The position numbers and the translations under genes were made by a program. DNA of 64,000 nt from an uncultured Acidobacteriota bacterium (GTDB taxonomy: Bacteria; Acidobacteriota; JAQAZP01): contig CAWIIB010000001.1 of the NCBI GenBank assembly GCA_963836075.1, positions 2,112,001 to 2,176,000 on the forward strand, read 5' to 3'. Of this stretch, positions 1 through 10,238 are shown in pieces (within the stretch, counting starts at the first letter, position 1; the number at the start of each line of letters is the position of its first letter). The notes beneath the pieces are model-generated. The model searched no databases. It saw only the letters and a program-made list of their open reading frames with translations, and was not told the origin of the DNA.

Positions 1-707
1 GCGATCATGAACATCACCACCATCTGGTATTTCACCGCCTCCAACGGGTCGGTGCCGGAAAGGATCTGACCGGTCATCATCCCCGGCAGGGCCACAATGC
101 CCACCACCATCATGGTGTTGATGATCGGGATCATTCCCCGCCGCACCGCATTGGCCATGGGGCCGCGGCCGGCTTCCCAGGCGGAGGCGCCGAGGGCCAG
201 TTCCATCTCCACCTCCTCCCGTTTCCCGGCCAGGGTTTCCAGCAGCAGGTCGAGGCTCAGCGAGATCCCGGTGAGCCCGTTGCCGAGGATCATCCCCAGC
301 AGCGGGATCATGTACTGGGGGCGCCACCAGGGGTCGACGCCGACGACGAGGTGGGTGACAGTGACCGTGGTGATCATCCCGGTGACGGTGAGGCTGAGGA
401 ACGCGAGCCAGGAGACACCGGTAAAGGTGCGGGAGGGGCGGGTCACCGCGGCCCGGCTGGCGGCCACGATCATCAGCAGCGCCAGCCCGAGGACCAGGGG
501 CAGGCTGTCGATGCCGAAGACCCATTTCAGCAGGTAGCCGATGAGCAGCAGCTGGACCACCGTGCGCACGGAAGCCACCAGCAGCTGTTTCTCCAGCTTG
601 AGCCGCAGCAGGACACTCACCACGCCGGCCACCAGCACCAGCAGGGCCGCAACGACCAGGTCCAGCGCCTGCAGTTCAATCACCCCGGCTGTGGCATGCT
701 CAACCAT
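1..707 (-). CDS. fetB: ABC transporter permease, UPF0014/FetB (YbbM) family, 3' partial
   Basis: Manual translation from ATG at 707: MVEHATAGVIEL...ASVRTVVQLLLIGYLL...PQYMIPLLGMILGN...GIVALPGMMTGQILSGTDPLEAVKYQ; overlaps stop of upstream ATPase; runs off the window. Confidence 0.88.
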   Translation of the reverse strand, partial: MVEHATAGVIELQALDLVVAALLVLVAGVVSVLLRLKLEKQLLVASVRTVVQLLLIGYLLKWVFGIDSLPLVLGLALLMIVAASRAAVTRPSRTFTGVSWLAFLSLTVTGMITTVTVTHLVVGVDPWWRPQYMIPLLGMILGNGLTGISLSLDLLLETLAGKREEVEMELALGASAWEAGRGPMANAVRRGMIPIINTMMVVGIVALPGMMTGQILSGTDPLEAVKYQMVVMFMI

Positions 708-1389
708 CGGCGCCCTCCGGGTCGATACAGGAGTAGCCCTTGAGGTCCAGATGCCGGTGGCACCAGCTGGAGGCCTCGCTCCGGTCGTGGGTCACCAGCA
801 GGGCGGAGAGGCCGCGTGTGGTCACTTCCCGCTCCAGCTGCTTCCTGAGGCGCCCGGCACTCTCCTCGTCCAGGGCGCTGGCCGGTTCGTCCAGCAGGAG
901 CACCGCCGGGTCGAGCAGCAGGGCGCGGACAAAGCTGACCCGCAGCTGCTGTCCCACCGATAGGGAGCGCGCCTGCTGGTCCATCCGCTCCCCGCCCACG
1001 CCGATCGACTCCAGCAGTTCCTCGGCCCGCTGCCGGGGAAAAGAGACACCGGCCGCGCTGCGGTAACCAAAGGGGCGGGCGAGATTTTCATGGATCGACG
1101 CCTCCAGCATCACCGGGCGCTGGGCAACATAGACCACCCGGCGGCGATAGGCGGGCCAGCCGTGCTCTCCGGGGGAGAGACCGAGAAATGTGACCCGGCC
1201 CCCGGCCGGGTCGATGATGCCGGCCACCGAACGGAGCAAGGTGGTCTTGCCGCAGCCGGAGGGCCCGGTGAGGGCCAGCAGTTCGCCCCGCTCCAGGGAG
1301 AGGGAGACTTCCCTGAGCAGGCAGTGCCCTTCGGCCTCCACCGCTACCCCCTCAAGTTCCAGCACCCTCGTTTCCACCGTGACCTCCAT
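700..1389 (-). CDS. fetA: ABC transporter ATP-binding protein (FetA/YbbL-like)
   Basis: Walker A GPSGCGKT, signature LSVGQ, Walker B LLLDEP, H-loop VTHD; coupled to UPF0014 permease. Confidence 0.85.
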   Translation of the reverse strand: MEVTVETRVLELEGVAVEAEGHCLLREVSLSLERGELLALTGPSGCGKTTLLRSVAGIIDPAGGRVTFLGLSPGEHGWPAYRRRVVYVAQRPVMLEASIHENLARPFGYRSAAGVSFPRQRAEELLESIGVGGERMDQQARSLSVGQQLRVSFVRALLLDPAVLLLDEPASALDEESAGRLRKQLEREVTTRGLSALLVTHDRSEASSWCHRHLDLKGYSCIDPEGADG

Positions 1390-1483
1390 TCAGCGTGACA
1401 GCCTATTTTACTCCAAAGACCGGCTGTGGTATCATTCAGCGGTTAACTTCATGAATAAAAGATAGTTACAACATATTCACCAT

Positions 1484-2914
1484 ATGGGTCACGGGAGAAT
1501 CCACCGCGTGCAGAGCGAGACCGGCAACCGGAACGGAACGGCGGGGCGTACGGAAGGACGCAACGTGCTGATCATCTCCAGCGACGTGATCGGGGAACGG
1601 GTGGCCGGCCCGGGTGTGCGCTACCTGGAGATGGCCCGCTGTCTCTCGGCACGGCACCAGGTGACCCTGATGGCACCGAAATTGACCTCCGCTCCGGCGG
1701 GGAGCCGGTTCAAAGCCGTGCCGTTGACCCGCTCCGCAATGAAACGTGCGCTCTCCCGCTGTTCGGTGGTGGTCTCCCAGGGGTTCGTCTGTTCATCGTG
1801 GTCGACGGTGACCACTGGAGCAGCCCAGGTCATCGACCTCTACGCCCCGCTCCCGCTGGAAATGCTCGAGGCCGGCCAGGCGGGCCATGGGACGGCCGGT
1901 GAAGCGGCCTTCTACCGCCGCTACGTGGCCCTGCGGCTGGGGCTGCTGATGGCCCACGGCGATTTTTTCGTCTGCGCTTCGGCCAGGCAACGCGACTTCT
2001 GGCTGGGACAGCTGGCCGCCGCCGGGCGGGTGAACAGGGCCAACTTCGAGCAGGACCACGGGCTGCGCAGACTGATCGACTGTGTCCCCTTCGGTACGCC
2101 CGTCGATCCGTTTCCCGGGTCAGGAGACCGAGCCGCGGACCGCCGGAGTGCGCGCGAATCGATCAAGGGGGTCGGAGAAGATGACTTTCTGCTGCTCTGG
2201 GGCGGCGGTATCTGGCCCTGGCTCGACCCCAGTACCGCCATCCGTGCCGCGGTCCTGGCCGCGAAGAAACGGCCGGAGGTCAAACTGCTTTTCCTTGGCA
2301 CCGGCCACCCCAACCCGGGAGTGACCACCGGGGTCGGGGCCGAGGAGCAGGCCCGGAAATGTGCCGGGGAGCTCGGGGCCCTGGGTCAATCGGTACTGTT
2401 CAACGAGCAGTGGATCCCGTTTGAGAAGCGGGTCGATTTTCTGACCGCGGCAGACGCCGGCCTGCTGGCCCACAAACCGGGGATCGAAACACGGTTCGCC
2501 TTCCGCACCCGCCTGCTGGACTGCTTCTGGGCCGGGTTGCCGGTGGTCGCCACTGCCGGGGACGAACTGTCCGCACTGGCCGCGGAGCACGGAGCCGGGA
2601 TGGCCGTGCCCCCGGAAGATCCCCAGGCCCTGGCCGAGGCCATCGTCGCCCTGGCTGAGAACCGGGAGAGGCGTGAAAAGGCGGGCGCCGCATCGGCACA
2701 ACTGGGCGAGCAGTATCGCTGGGACCGGGTCTTCGCCCCGCTGGAGCGGTTTGTCGAACTGCCGCACACCCGCCGCTCCCGCGGTGAACGGGGGACTGCG
2801 GCCAGCGGACGGTGGAGTGCCATCCGCTACTCGCTGGCCGTGGCGGCGCTGGGTGTGCGCTACGGGCTCTGGCGCCGGGCGCTGCGCAAGCTGTACCCGG
2901 GGAAGCGGGCCTAG
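1484..2914 (+). CDS. Glycosyltransferase family 4 (GT-B)
   Basis: GPGVRYLE N-terminus, LLWGGGIWPWLDP, ETRFAFRTRLLDCFWAGLPVVAT; start may lie further downstream. Confidence 0.85.
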   Translation: MGHGRIHRVQSETGNRNGTAGRTEGRNVLIISSDVIGERVAGPGVRYLEMARCLSARHQVTLMAPKLTSAPAGSRFKAVPLTRSAMKRALSRCSVVVSQGFVCSSWSTVTTGAAQVIDLYAPLPLEMLEAGQAGHGTAGEAAFYRRYVALRLGLLMAHGDFFVCASARQRDFWLGQLAAAGRVNRANFEQDHGLRRLIDCVPFGTPVDPFPGSGDRAADRRSARESIKGVGEDDFLLLWGGGIWPWLDPSTAIRAAVLAAKKRPEVKLLFLGTGHPNPGVTTGVGAEEQARKCAGELGALGQSVLFNEQWIPFEKRVDFLTAADAGLLAHKPGIETRFAFRTRLLDCFWAGLPVVATAGDELSALAAEHGAGMAVPPEDPQALAEAIVALAENRERREKAGAASAQLGEQYRWDRVFAPLERFVELPHTRRSRGERGTAASGRWSAIRYSLAVAALGVRYGLWRRALRKLYPGKRA

Positions 2915-2932
2915 AAACAACGAGGATCGTCA

Positions 2933-3901
2933 GTGACAGCGGTCTCGATCATCATCGTCAATTACAACACGCGGGATCCGCTGGAGCAGTGTCTCCGAAG
3001 CATCGCCGGCGCGTCCCCCGGCGTGGAAACGGTGGTGACCGACAACGGTTCAACCGACGGCAGTGTTCAGCTGGTCCGCCAGAGCTTCCCCGATGTGCGG
3101 CTGGTGACCGGCAAGGGGAACCTCGGCTTTGCCGGCGGCTGCAATAGCGGAGCGAAATCGTCCTCCGGCACCTACTTGCTCTTCCTGAACAGCGACTGCC
3201 GGGTCCGGCCCGGGTCGGTGGAGGCGCTGGCCAGTTTTCTCGACGAGAACCCGCAGGCCGCGGCGGCGGCCGGCCGCCTGGTGGACGCCGACGGGGAAAC
3301 CCAGGCCGGTTTCAACGTCCGGCGGTTGCCCACCGTCTGGAGCATCAGCGCCGACCTGCTGCTGCTGCACCGCATGATTCCCGCCAACCGGCTCTCCGCC
3401 GGCTACCGCATGTCCGGCTTCGACCACTCCGGCACCGTGGAAGTGGAACAGCCGGCCGGCGCCTGCCTGATGATTCGTCGTGAACTGTTCCAGCAGCTGG
3501 GCGGCTTCGATGAGGCGTTTCACCCGGCCTGGTTCGAGGACGTGGATCTCTGTTGCCGGTTGCGGGACAGCGGCGCCAGGATTTTCTTTGTTCCCGACGC
3601 GGTGTTCGAGCATCTGGGCGGGGCCACCATGCGCCGTCTCGATTTCCGTTGTTTCACCAGAATGTACTACCGCAACCAGAGCGTCTACCTGAAAAAACAG
3701 TTCGGTCTGCCGGCGCGGCTTTTTCTCCGGGCCATGATCGTTGCCGGCATGGGCCTCAGGGCCCTGCTGGTCCTGGTCACACCCTTCCGGTTCGGCGGCC
3801 CGGTTGGCGGAGCCGGCCGGGCCGAGGCGGCAGGGGCTTTTCTCTCGGTGATCCCGCCCACCATTTCCGGCTGGCCTTTGGAGCAGGAACCCGATGACTG
3901 A
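2933..3901 (+). CDS. Glycosyltransferase family 2 (WbbL/rhamnosyltransferase-like)
   Basis: SIIIVNYN, DNGSTD, NLGFAGGCN, FLNSD, GACLMIR, GGFDE..FEDVDLC. Confidence 0.9.
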   Translation: MTAVSIIIVNYNTRDPLEQCLRSIAGASPGVETVVTDNGSTDGSVQLVRQSFPDVRLVTGKGNLGFAGGCNSGAKSSSGTYLLFLNSDCRVRPGSVEALASFLDENPQAAAAAGRLVDADGETQAGFNVRRLPTVWSISADLLLLHRMIPANRLSAGYRMSGFDHSGTVEVEQPAGACLMIRRELFQQLGGFDEAFHPAWFEDVDLCCRLRDSGARIFFVPDAVFEHLGGATMRRLDFRCFTRMYYRNQSVYLKKQFGLPARLFLRAMIVAGMGLRALLVLVTPFRFGGPVGGAGRAEAAGAFLSVIPPTISGWPLEQEPDD

Positions 3902-4926
3902 GAGCCCGATCAGTGTCACTATCGTCACCTGGAACAGCGGCCGGGACATCACCCGCTGTCTCGACTCGCTGGCGGTCCAGACCGCTGAGCCCCGGGAAGT
4001 GGTGGTGGTGGACAACGCATCCAGCGACGACTCGGTCCGGCTGGTGGAGACCCACCCGCTGCGGCCGCGGCTGCTGCGCAACGAGACCAACCTGGGGTTC
4101 ACCGCCGGCCACAACCGGGCCATGGCTCAAACCGCCGGCCCGTGGGTGCTGGTGCTCAACCCCGACCTGGTGCTGGCCCCCGACTATCTCGAAAAGGTGC
4201 TGGCGGCAGCGGCCGGGCGGGACCGGGTGGGATCGGTGGCCGGCAAGCTGCTGCGCATGCCCCAGGCGCTGCCCGATGGCCCGCCCGCCCAGTGGCCCGG
4301 AGAGACCTGGGACGGCGGCGTGATCGACTCCACCGGCATCCTGGTCACCCCCCAGTGCCGGCACCTGGACCGCGGGGCCGGGGGGCAGGACCGCGGCCAG
4401 TACCGAGCGGAGCGAGTTCGTCTTCGGTGTCAGCGGCGCCGCGGCCCTCTACCGCCGCACCATGCTCGAGGACACGGCGGTGGGGGGCGAGATTTTTGAC
4501 GAGGACTTCTGGAGCTTCCGTGAGGACGCCGACCTCTCCTGGCGCAGCCAGTTGATGGGCTGGGACACTCTCTACTGCCCGGCGGCGCGGGCGCTGCACC
4601 GCCGGTCGGTGACCCCCCGGCGGCGGCGGCAGCTGGACCCGGCGATCAACCGTCACTCGGTGAAAAACCGCTTCCTGCTGCGGATCAAGAACCAGACCGC
4701 CGGGCACGCCCTGCGCTTCTTTTTCCCCACCCTGTTCCGCGACCTGCTGGTTCTCGGGGCCCTGTTCACCGTGGAGTGGTCCTCCCTGCCCGCTCTCTCC
4801 TGGCTCTGGCGCAACCGCCACCGCATGATGAAGAAACGAAAGGAGATCATGGCCCGCCGGACACGGCCCGAAGCGGAGGTCAACGACTGGTTCCGCAGGG
4901 GCCGGGAGGCCCGGCCCGCCGGTTGA
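3894..4926 (+). pseudogene. Glycosyltransferase family 2, split by +1 frameshift at ~4403-4404 (probably sequencing error)
   Basis: ORF 3894-4499 has the GT2 N-half (VTWNS, DNASSD, LNPD); removing one C from TACCGAG gives ...GQYERSEFVFGVSGAAALYRRTMLED, joining ORF 4462-4926 (FDEDFWSFREDADLSWR). Confidence 0.82.
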
Positions 4927-4995
4927 CTTGAACGGGTCGCGGTGCTAGCGTAATCGCTTTGACAGACGGCTTTTTCCCCAGCGGAGGCGCGCGCA

Positions 4996-5898
4996 ATGAA
5001 GGGAATCATACTGGCGGGAGGCTCGGGCACACGCTTGTATCCCATAACCCGGGTGGTGAGCAAACAGCTGCTCCCGATCTACGACAAGCCGATGATCTAC
5101 TTCCCGCTCTCCGTCCTGATGCTGGCCGGAATCAGGGAGATCCTGATCATCTCCACCCCCGAGGACCTGCCCCGATTCCGAACTCTGCTGGGTGACGGGT
5201 CCGATCTGGGTCTGACCCTCTCCTATGCCGAACAGCCGCGCCCTGAAGGGCTGGCCCAGGCCTTCATCATCGGCAAGCCGTTCATCGGCGACGACCCGGT
5301 GGCCCTGGTGCTGGGCGACAACATCTTCCACGGCCAGGGGCTCTCCGAGACCTTCCGCCGCTGCGCCGAACTGAAACAGGGCGGGGTGATTTTCGGCTAC
5401 CTGGTCCGCGACCCCGAACGGTACGGGGTGGTTGATTTCGACGCGCAGGGCAAGGTGCTGAGCATCGAGGAGAAACCGGAAAAGCCGAAGTCGAGCTACG
5501 CCGTCCCCGGGCTCTATTTCTACGACAACGACGTGGTGGCCATCGCCGAAGCGCTGAAGCCGTCCCCGCGGGGCGAGCTGGAGATCACCGACGTGAACCT
5601 GGAGTACCTGCGCCGGGGCCAGCTGCGGGTTGAACTGCTGGGCCGCGGCGTGGCCTGGCTGGACACCGGCACCTTTCAGTCGCTGCAGCAGGCATCCAGT
5701 TTCGTACGGGCGATCCAGGAACGGCAGGGACTGCAGATCGCCTGTATCGAGGAGATCGCCTACCGCCTGGGCTACATCGATGCCGAAGCCCTGAAGAAGC
5801 TGTCCAGCGATATGCTGAAGAATGAATACGGCATGTATCTCAGCCGGATCCTGGAAGAGAACGACGAGGAAAGGTTAAATGCCCGTAAAATCTTTTGA
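4996..5898 (+). CDS. rfbA: Glucose-1-phosphate thymidylyltransferase
   Basis: [18 protein letters not shown]...[34 protein letters not shown]. Confidence 0.97.
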   Translation: MKGIILAGGSGTRLYPITRVVSKQLLPIYDKPMIYFPLSVLMLAGIREILIISTPEDLPRFRTLLGDGSDLGLTLSYAEQPRPEGLAQAFIIGKPFIGDDPVALVLGDNIFHGQGLSETFRRCAELKQGGVIFGYLVRDPERYGVVDFDAQGKVLSIEEKPEKPKSSYAVPGLYFYDNDVVAIAEALKPSPRGELEITDVNLEYLRRGQLRVELLGRGVAWLDTGTFQSLQQASSFVRAIQERQGLQIACIEEIAYRLGYIDAEALKKLSSDMLKNEYGMYLSRILEENDEERLNARKIF

Positions 5899-6445
5899 GG
5901 AGACACCGCTGGCCGGGGTGAAGCTGATCCACCCGGCGGTATTCGAAGACCCGCGCGGCTTCTTCATGGAAACATTCCACCAGGGGACCTACGCCGGGGC
6001 GGGCATCGACGGGCCCTTTGTCCAGGACAACTACTCCCACTCCTGCCGCGGCACCCTGCGCGGCCTGCACTACCAGCGCAAAAACGCCCAGGACAAGCTG
6101 GTCTTTGTCGTCACCGGCGAGATCTTCGACGTGGCGGTGGATATCCGCCGCGGCTCCCCCACCTTTGGCCGGTGGTTTGGCGCCCGCCTCTCGGAAGAGA
6201 ACCGGACCCAGATCTACGTGCCCAAGGGGTTCGCCCACGGTTTCTGCGTGCTCAGCAAAACCGCCGATGTGATGTACAAGTGCACCGACGTCTACGCCCC
6301 GGGTGACGAATACGGCATCCTCTGGTCCGACCCGGCCATCGGCATCGACTGGCCCTGCGCCGAACCGATCCTTTCCGACAAGGACCAGTTGCACCCCCGG
6401 CTGGCCGACGCCCCGGACCACGCGCTGTTCGATTATCAGCCGTAG
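5879..6445 (+). CDS. rfbC: dTDP-4-dehydrorhamnose 3,5-epimerase
   Basis: [48 protein letters not shown]. Confidence 0.96.
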   Translation: MPVKSFEETPLAGVKLIHPAVFEDPRGFFMETFHQGTYAGAGIDGPFVQDNYSHSCRGTLRGLHYQRKNAQDKLVFVVTGEIFDVAVDIRRGSPTFGRWFGARLSEENRTQIYVPKGFAHGFCVLSKTADVMYKCTDVYAPGDEYGILWSDPAIGIDWPCAEPILSDKDQLHPRLADAPDHALFDYQP

Positions 6446-6543
6446 ATTCGAGATGCCGCGCACGTCATCATGGAGTGCCGTACGCCCTCCCGAACCGCCT
6501 GCAAAAACATCGATTCCGAATGCTGCTATCCGGGACCGTACAG

Positions 6544-6578
6544 AAAAAGGCCCCGCCGGCGAACCGACAGGGCTTTTT
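6544..6578. terminator. Bidirectional intrinsic terminator
   Basis: AAAAAGGCCCCGCCGG-CGAA-CCGACAGGGCTTTTT, imperfect GC stem flanked by A and T tracts, between convergent genes. Confidence 0.75.
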
Positions 6579-6594
6579 CAACCGGGTGGTTTTC

Positions 6595-7443
6595 TTACTG
6601 GGCCACGATCTGCATGTGGCTGATGTGGCTCAGGTGCTCACGATAGGAACCCTCTTCCACAAAGTCCATGATCGAAGTCCAGCGGGCACGGCGGCCCTCC
6701 TCGTCCATCTCGCCCCAGTGCGCTTCAGACGCGGCACGCACCTTGTCCAGACCGGCGCCGTCGTTTACCACGAACCAGACCATCTGGGTACCGGGCTTGC
6801 CGGTGACGATCTCCTCCTCGGAGCGACCGAAGGCCACGATGTCGCCGGAGGCCAGCAACTGCTCGTAGATCGGCTTGATCCGGTGGTTATAGTAGCTGAG
6901 GTAGGCCTTGCCCTTGCCCATCTTCACCCGGAAATGACCTGACTGGAAGTAGCCGCCTTCCACCGTGGCCTGGCGAGCCCGCTGGTATTCGGTGCGCAGC
7001 ATGAAGTCGGCGTGCTTGACCACCATCTCCTCGAACATGGTGTCCTGGGCTTTCTGCGCGGACTCGTCCAACTTGTCATACGCCTGCTTCCATGCGGCGT
7101 ACACCTTGTCCATGTCGGCCATGCTGTTGGTGCTGAACCAGGTGCTGTGGGTGTAGCCGTCGGGGCTGTGCAGTGAAGTGGCATCGATACCGAACTCGCT
7201 GATCACGCCGTCGGCGAGCAGCTGCTCCATCGCCGGCCGGTTCTGTTCCTTCATGAACTCCACGAAGTCACCCCAGTTAGAGCGCTTCACGTCCCAGACG
7301 GCGACCCGGGTGAACACCGGTTTCATTTCGTCATCTTCGGCGGCCACGGCCGGGATAGAGGTGAAGCTCAGCATCAGGCACAGGGCCAGGGCCAGGCTGG
7401 AGATACGAGCGAGAGCACGATACTTGAAATTGGTGTTGGTCAT
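6595..7443 (-). CDS. Secreted hypothetical protein, possibly two tandem dimeric alpha/beta-barrel (NIPSNAP/EthD-like) domains
   Basis: Signal peptide (ISSLALALCLMLSFTSIPAVAA); two internally similar halves (..PAMEQLLADGVISEFG / ..PIYEQLLASGDIVAFG); start set at MTNTNF. Confidence 0.65.
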   Translation of the reverse strand: MTNTNFKYRALARISSLALALCLMLSFTSIPAVAAEDDEMKPVFTRVAVWDVKRSNWGDFVEFMKEQNRPAMEQLLADGVISEFGIDATSLHSPDGYTHSTWFSTNSMADMDKVYAAWKQAYDKLDESAQKAQDTMFEEMVVKHADFMLRTEYQRARQATVEGGYFQSGHFRVKMGKGKAYLSYYNHRIKPIYEQLLASGDIVAFGRSEEEIVTGKPGTQMVWFVVNDGAGLDKVRAASEAHWGEMDEEGRRARWTSIMDFVEEGSYREHLSHISHMQIVAQ

Positions 7444-7850
7444 TTTTTTCTTGCTTTCCCATTGCGCGCCACTAGAAGCGCTGCTGATTTTCGGGGCTGC
7501 GGAATACACGCGAATGTCATGCCTGCCCATCGGCGGCCGGTCCGGTGTCCTCACCAAGCCCACGAGTTGTTCTGTTGAGCCAATTGAGAGTCAGGTCTGA
7601 GCCACCATGATGAGGGGAAAGTTAGCGGAAGGAAAGAAAAAGATTCTGTCCAGCAGGGATGATTCCAGGCGCAAGAAAAGATAACAGACGCAACTCTTTA
7701 ATTTACAACAACATATATCAACGCGCAGACCTGATATCGATGCGGCCACCATCCGGGAACAGAGGTATCATCACACCCGCCGGGCACCGTCAACCGCAAT
7801 AGAGAATGACTTTCCGTGAAGGAAAGCGGCATATTCGCTGCCGTCCGAGC

Positions 7851-8903
7851 TTACTTTTCGTACTGCCGACGCATCCAGTTCTGGTATTCGCCGCTGCGCA
7901 CCCGGTCGACCCACTGACTGTTGTCCAGGTACCACTGGATGGTCTTTTCCACGCCGCTGTCCAGCGACTCTTCCGGGGACCAGCCCAATTCGGACTGCAG
8001 CTTGGAGAAGTCGATGGCATAGCGCAGGTCGTGGCCCGGGCGGTCCTTGACAAAGGTGATCAGTTTCCGCCGGGCGCGGCCGTCGGGCAGAGCGCGCCGG
8101 GCGTCGAGGCGGTCACAGATCATCTCCACGATGGCCAGGTTCTCCATCTCGGTGGCGCCACCCACGTTGTAAGTCTCGCCGTGCCGGCCGCGGGTCATGA
8201 TGGTCCAGATGGCGGTGCAGTGGTCGCGGACGTAGAGCCAGTCGCGGACGTTCTTCCCGTCGCCGTAGACCGGCAGCGGCTGGCCTTCCAGGGCATTGAG
8301 GATCATCAGCGGGATCAGTTTCTCGGGGAACTGGTACGGCCCGTAGTTGTTCGAGCAGTTGGAGATGGTCACCGGCAGGCCGTAGGTCTTGTGGTAGGCC
8401 CGCACCAGGTGGTCCGAGGAGGCCTTGGATGCCGAGTAGGGGCTGTTCGGCTTGTAGGACGTGGTCTCGGTGAACAGTCCGTCCGCCCCCAGGCTGCCGA
8501 AAACCTCGTCGGTGGAGATGTGGTGGAAGAGGACCAGCCGGTCCAGGCATGCCCGGGCCACCTCCAGCAGGTTGAAGGTGCCGACGATGTTGGTCTGGAT
8601 GAACTGGTCCGGCCCGAGGATCGAGCGGTCCACATGGGACTCGGCGGCGAAGTGGCAGACCGCATCTACCTCGTACGTCTCGAAGATATCCTTCAGCTCC
8701 CCCACGGTGCAGATGTCGGTCTTCTCGAAGACGTAGCGGTCGCCATACGTACCGGCCACGTCGGCCACGCTCTCCGGGTTGCCGGCATAGGTCAGGCTGT
8801 CCAGGTTGATCACCCGCCCGGCGAAATCGGATTCCTCGAGCAGGTAGCGGACAAAGTTCGAACCGATGAAGCCACAGCCCCCGGTCACCAGCAGATTGTT
8901 CAT
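7851..8903 (-). CDS. rfbB: dTDP-glucose 4,6-dehydratase
   Basis: [65 protein letters not shown]; start at MNNLLV. Confidence 0.97.
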   Translation of the reverse strand: MNNLLVTGGCGFIGSNFVRYLLEESDFAGRVINLDSLTYAGNPESVADVAGTYGDRYVFEKTDICTVGELKDIFETYEVDAVCHFAAESHVDRSILGPDQFIQTNIVGTFNLLEVARACLDRLVLFHHISTDEVFGSLGADGLFTETTSYKPNSPYSASKASSDHLVRAYHKTYGLPVTISNCSNNYGPYQFPEKLIPLMILNALEGQPLPVYGDGKNVRDWLYVRDHCTAIWTIMTRGRHGETYNVGGATEMENLAIVEMICDRLDARRALPDGRARRKLITFVKDRPGHDLRYAIDFSKLQSELGWSPEESLDSGVEKTIQWYLDNSQWVDRVRSGEYQNWMRRQYEK

Positions 8904-9110
8904 CTTCAGGCCCACGTCACCATCTCCTCCACTGAGCGGCCGGATCGCACCGGCCGGACACTGATAATCGCCTGACGGTGTCAGCATAACATGGATCGGA
9001 TTGATGGCCCTACCCTGTTTACAGGGCCGGATCACTGTGGTATCCTCGCTTCGCTTAAAGTTTTGAATCAAAGCAGGTTATAGCCAACGAGGCGGCCGCA
9101 ACACCGCCAG

Positions 9111-10223
9111 GTGAACATGCGCATCGCGATCATCGGGACACGGGGAATCCCCGCCAACTACGGCGGTTTCGAAACCCTGGCCGAGCAGCTCTCCCTGCGG
9201 CTGGCCGGCCGGGGGCACGACGTCACCGTCTATTGCCGCAAGGCCTACGCCAGCCACCCCCACGGCCACGTCCACCAGGGGGTGAAACTGGCGGTGCTGC
9301 CCACCATCCGGCACAAGTATCTCGACACGGTGGTTCACTCCCTGCTCTCCACGCTCCACGCCCTGCCCAGGCGCTACGACGCGATCCTGGTCTGCAACGC
9401 GGCCAACACGATGGTCACCTTCATGCCGCGGCTCTTCGGCACACCGGTGGCGGTGAACGTGGACGGGCTGGAGCGCAAGCGCAAAAAGTGGAACGCCCTG
9501 GGACGGGCCTGGTACCGCCTCTCCGAGCGGCTGAGCACCGTCCTGCCCAGCGCCATCATCACCGACGCCCGGACCATCGAGACCTACTATGCCGAGCGCT
9601 ACGGCAAGGAGTCGACCTTCATCCCCTACGGGGTGGAGGCCGGGGGCGAGGAAGGGACGGAGACCCTGGAACAGTTCGATTTGCAGCCGAATGGGTATAT
9701 GCTTTATGTGAGCCGCCTGGAGCCGGAAAACAACGCCGACCTGGTGGTCAAGGCATTCGAGCGGGTGAAGAGCGAGCGCCGGCTGGTGATCGTGGGTGAC
9801 GCGCCCTACGCCGGCGAGTACATCAGGCAGCTCAAGGCGACCACAGACCCGCGGGTGGTCTTCACCGGCACCATCTTCGGCCAGGGGTACCGCCAGTTGC
9901 AGAGCGGGGCTTATTGCTACATCCAGGCCACCGAAGTTGGCGGCACCCACCCGGCACTGGTGGAGGCGATGGGTTTCGGCAACTGCGTGGCCGCCGCCGA
10001 CGTCCCCGAACACCGGGAAGTGCTGGGAGAGAACGGGTTCTATTTCCCGCTGGGCGACCCGGCGGGGCTGGCCGCCATTCTCCAGCAGTTCGAGGATCAG
10101 CCGGAGCTGGTGGCCGCGGCCGGCCGGGCCAACGGCCGCCGCTCCGCCGACCGCTACTCCTGGGACGCGGTCACCGACGGCTACGAGGCGCTGCTGCGCC
10201 GGCTGGCCGGCGAGGAAGAGTGA
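9111..10223 (+). CDS. Glycosyltransferase family 4 (DUF1972-type N-terminus)
   Basis: IAIIGTRGIPANYGGFETLAEQL, NVDGLERKRKKW, SRLEPENN, EVGGTHPALVEAM. Confidence 0.9.
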   Translation: MNMRIAIIGTRGIPANYGGFETLAEQLSLRLAGRGHDVTVYCRKAYASHPHGHVHQGVKLAVLPTIRHKYLDTVVHSLLSTLHALPRRYDAILVCNAANTMVTFMPRLFGTPVAVNVDGLERKRKKWNALGRAWYRLSERLSTVLPSAIITDARTIETYYAERYGKESTFIPYGVEAGGEEGTETLEQFDLQPNGYMLYVSRLEPENNADLVVKAFERVKSERRLVIVGDAPYAGEYIRQLKATTDPRVVFTGTIFGQGYRQLQSGAYCYIQATEVGGTHPALVEAMGFGNCVAAADVPEHREVLGENGFYFPLGDPAGLAAILQQFEDQPELVAAAGRANGRRSADRYSWDAVTDGYEALLRRLAGEEE

Positions 10224-10238
10224 CGGGGTAGAACGGGG

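Noticed and set aside
7444-7850. ~400-bp intergenic region as possible sRNA or riboswitch
   Set aside because: Only an AT-rich promoter-like tract; no convincing structure or known motif
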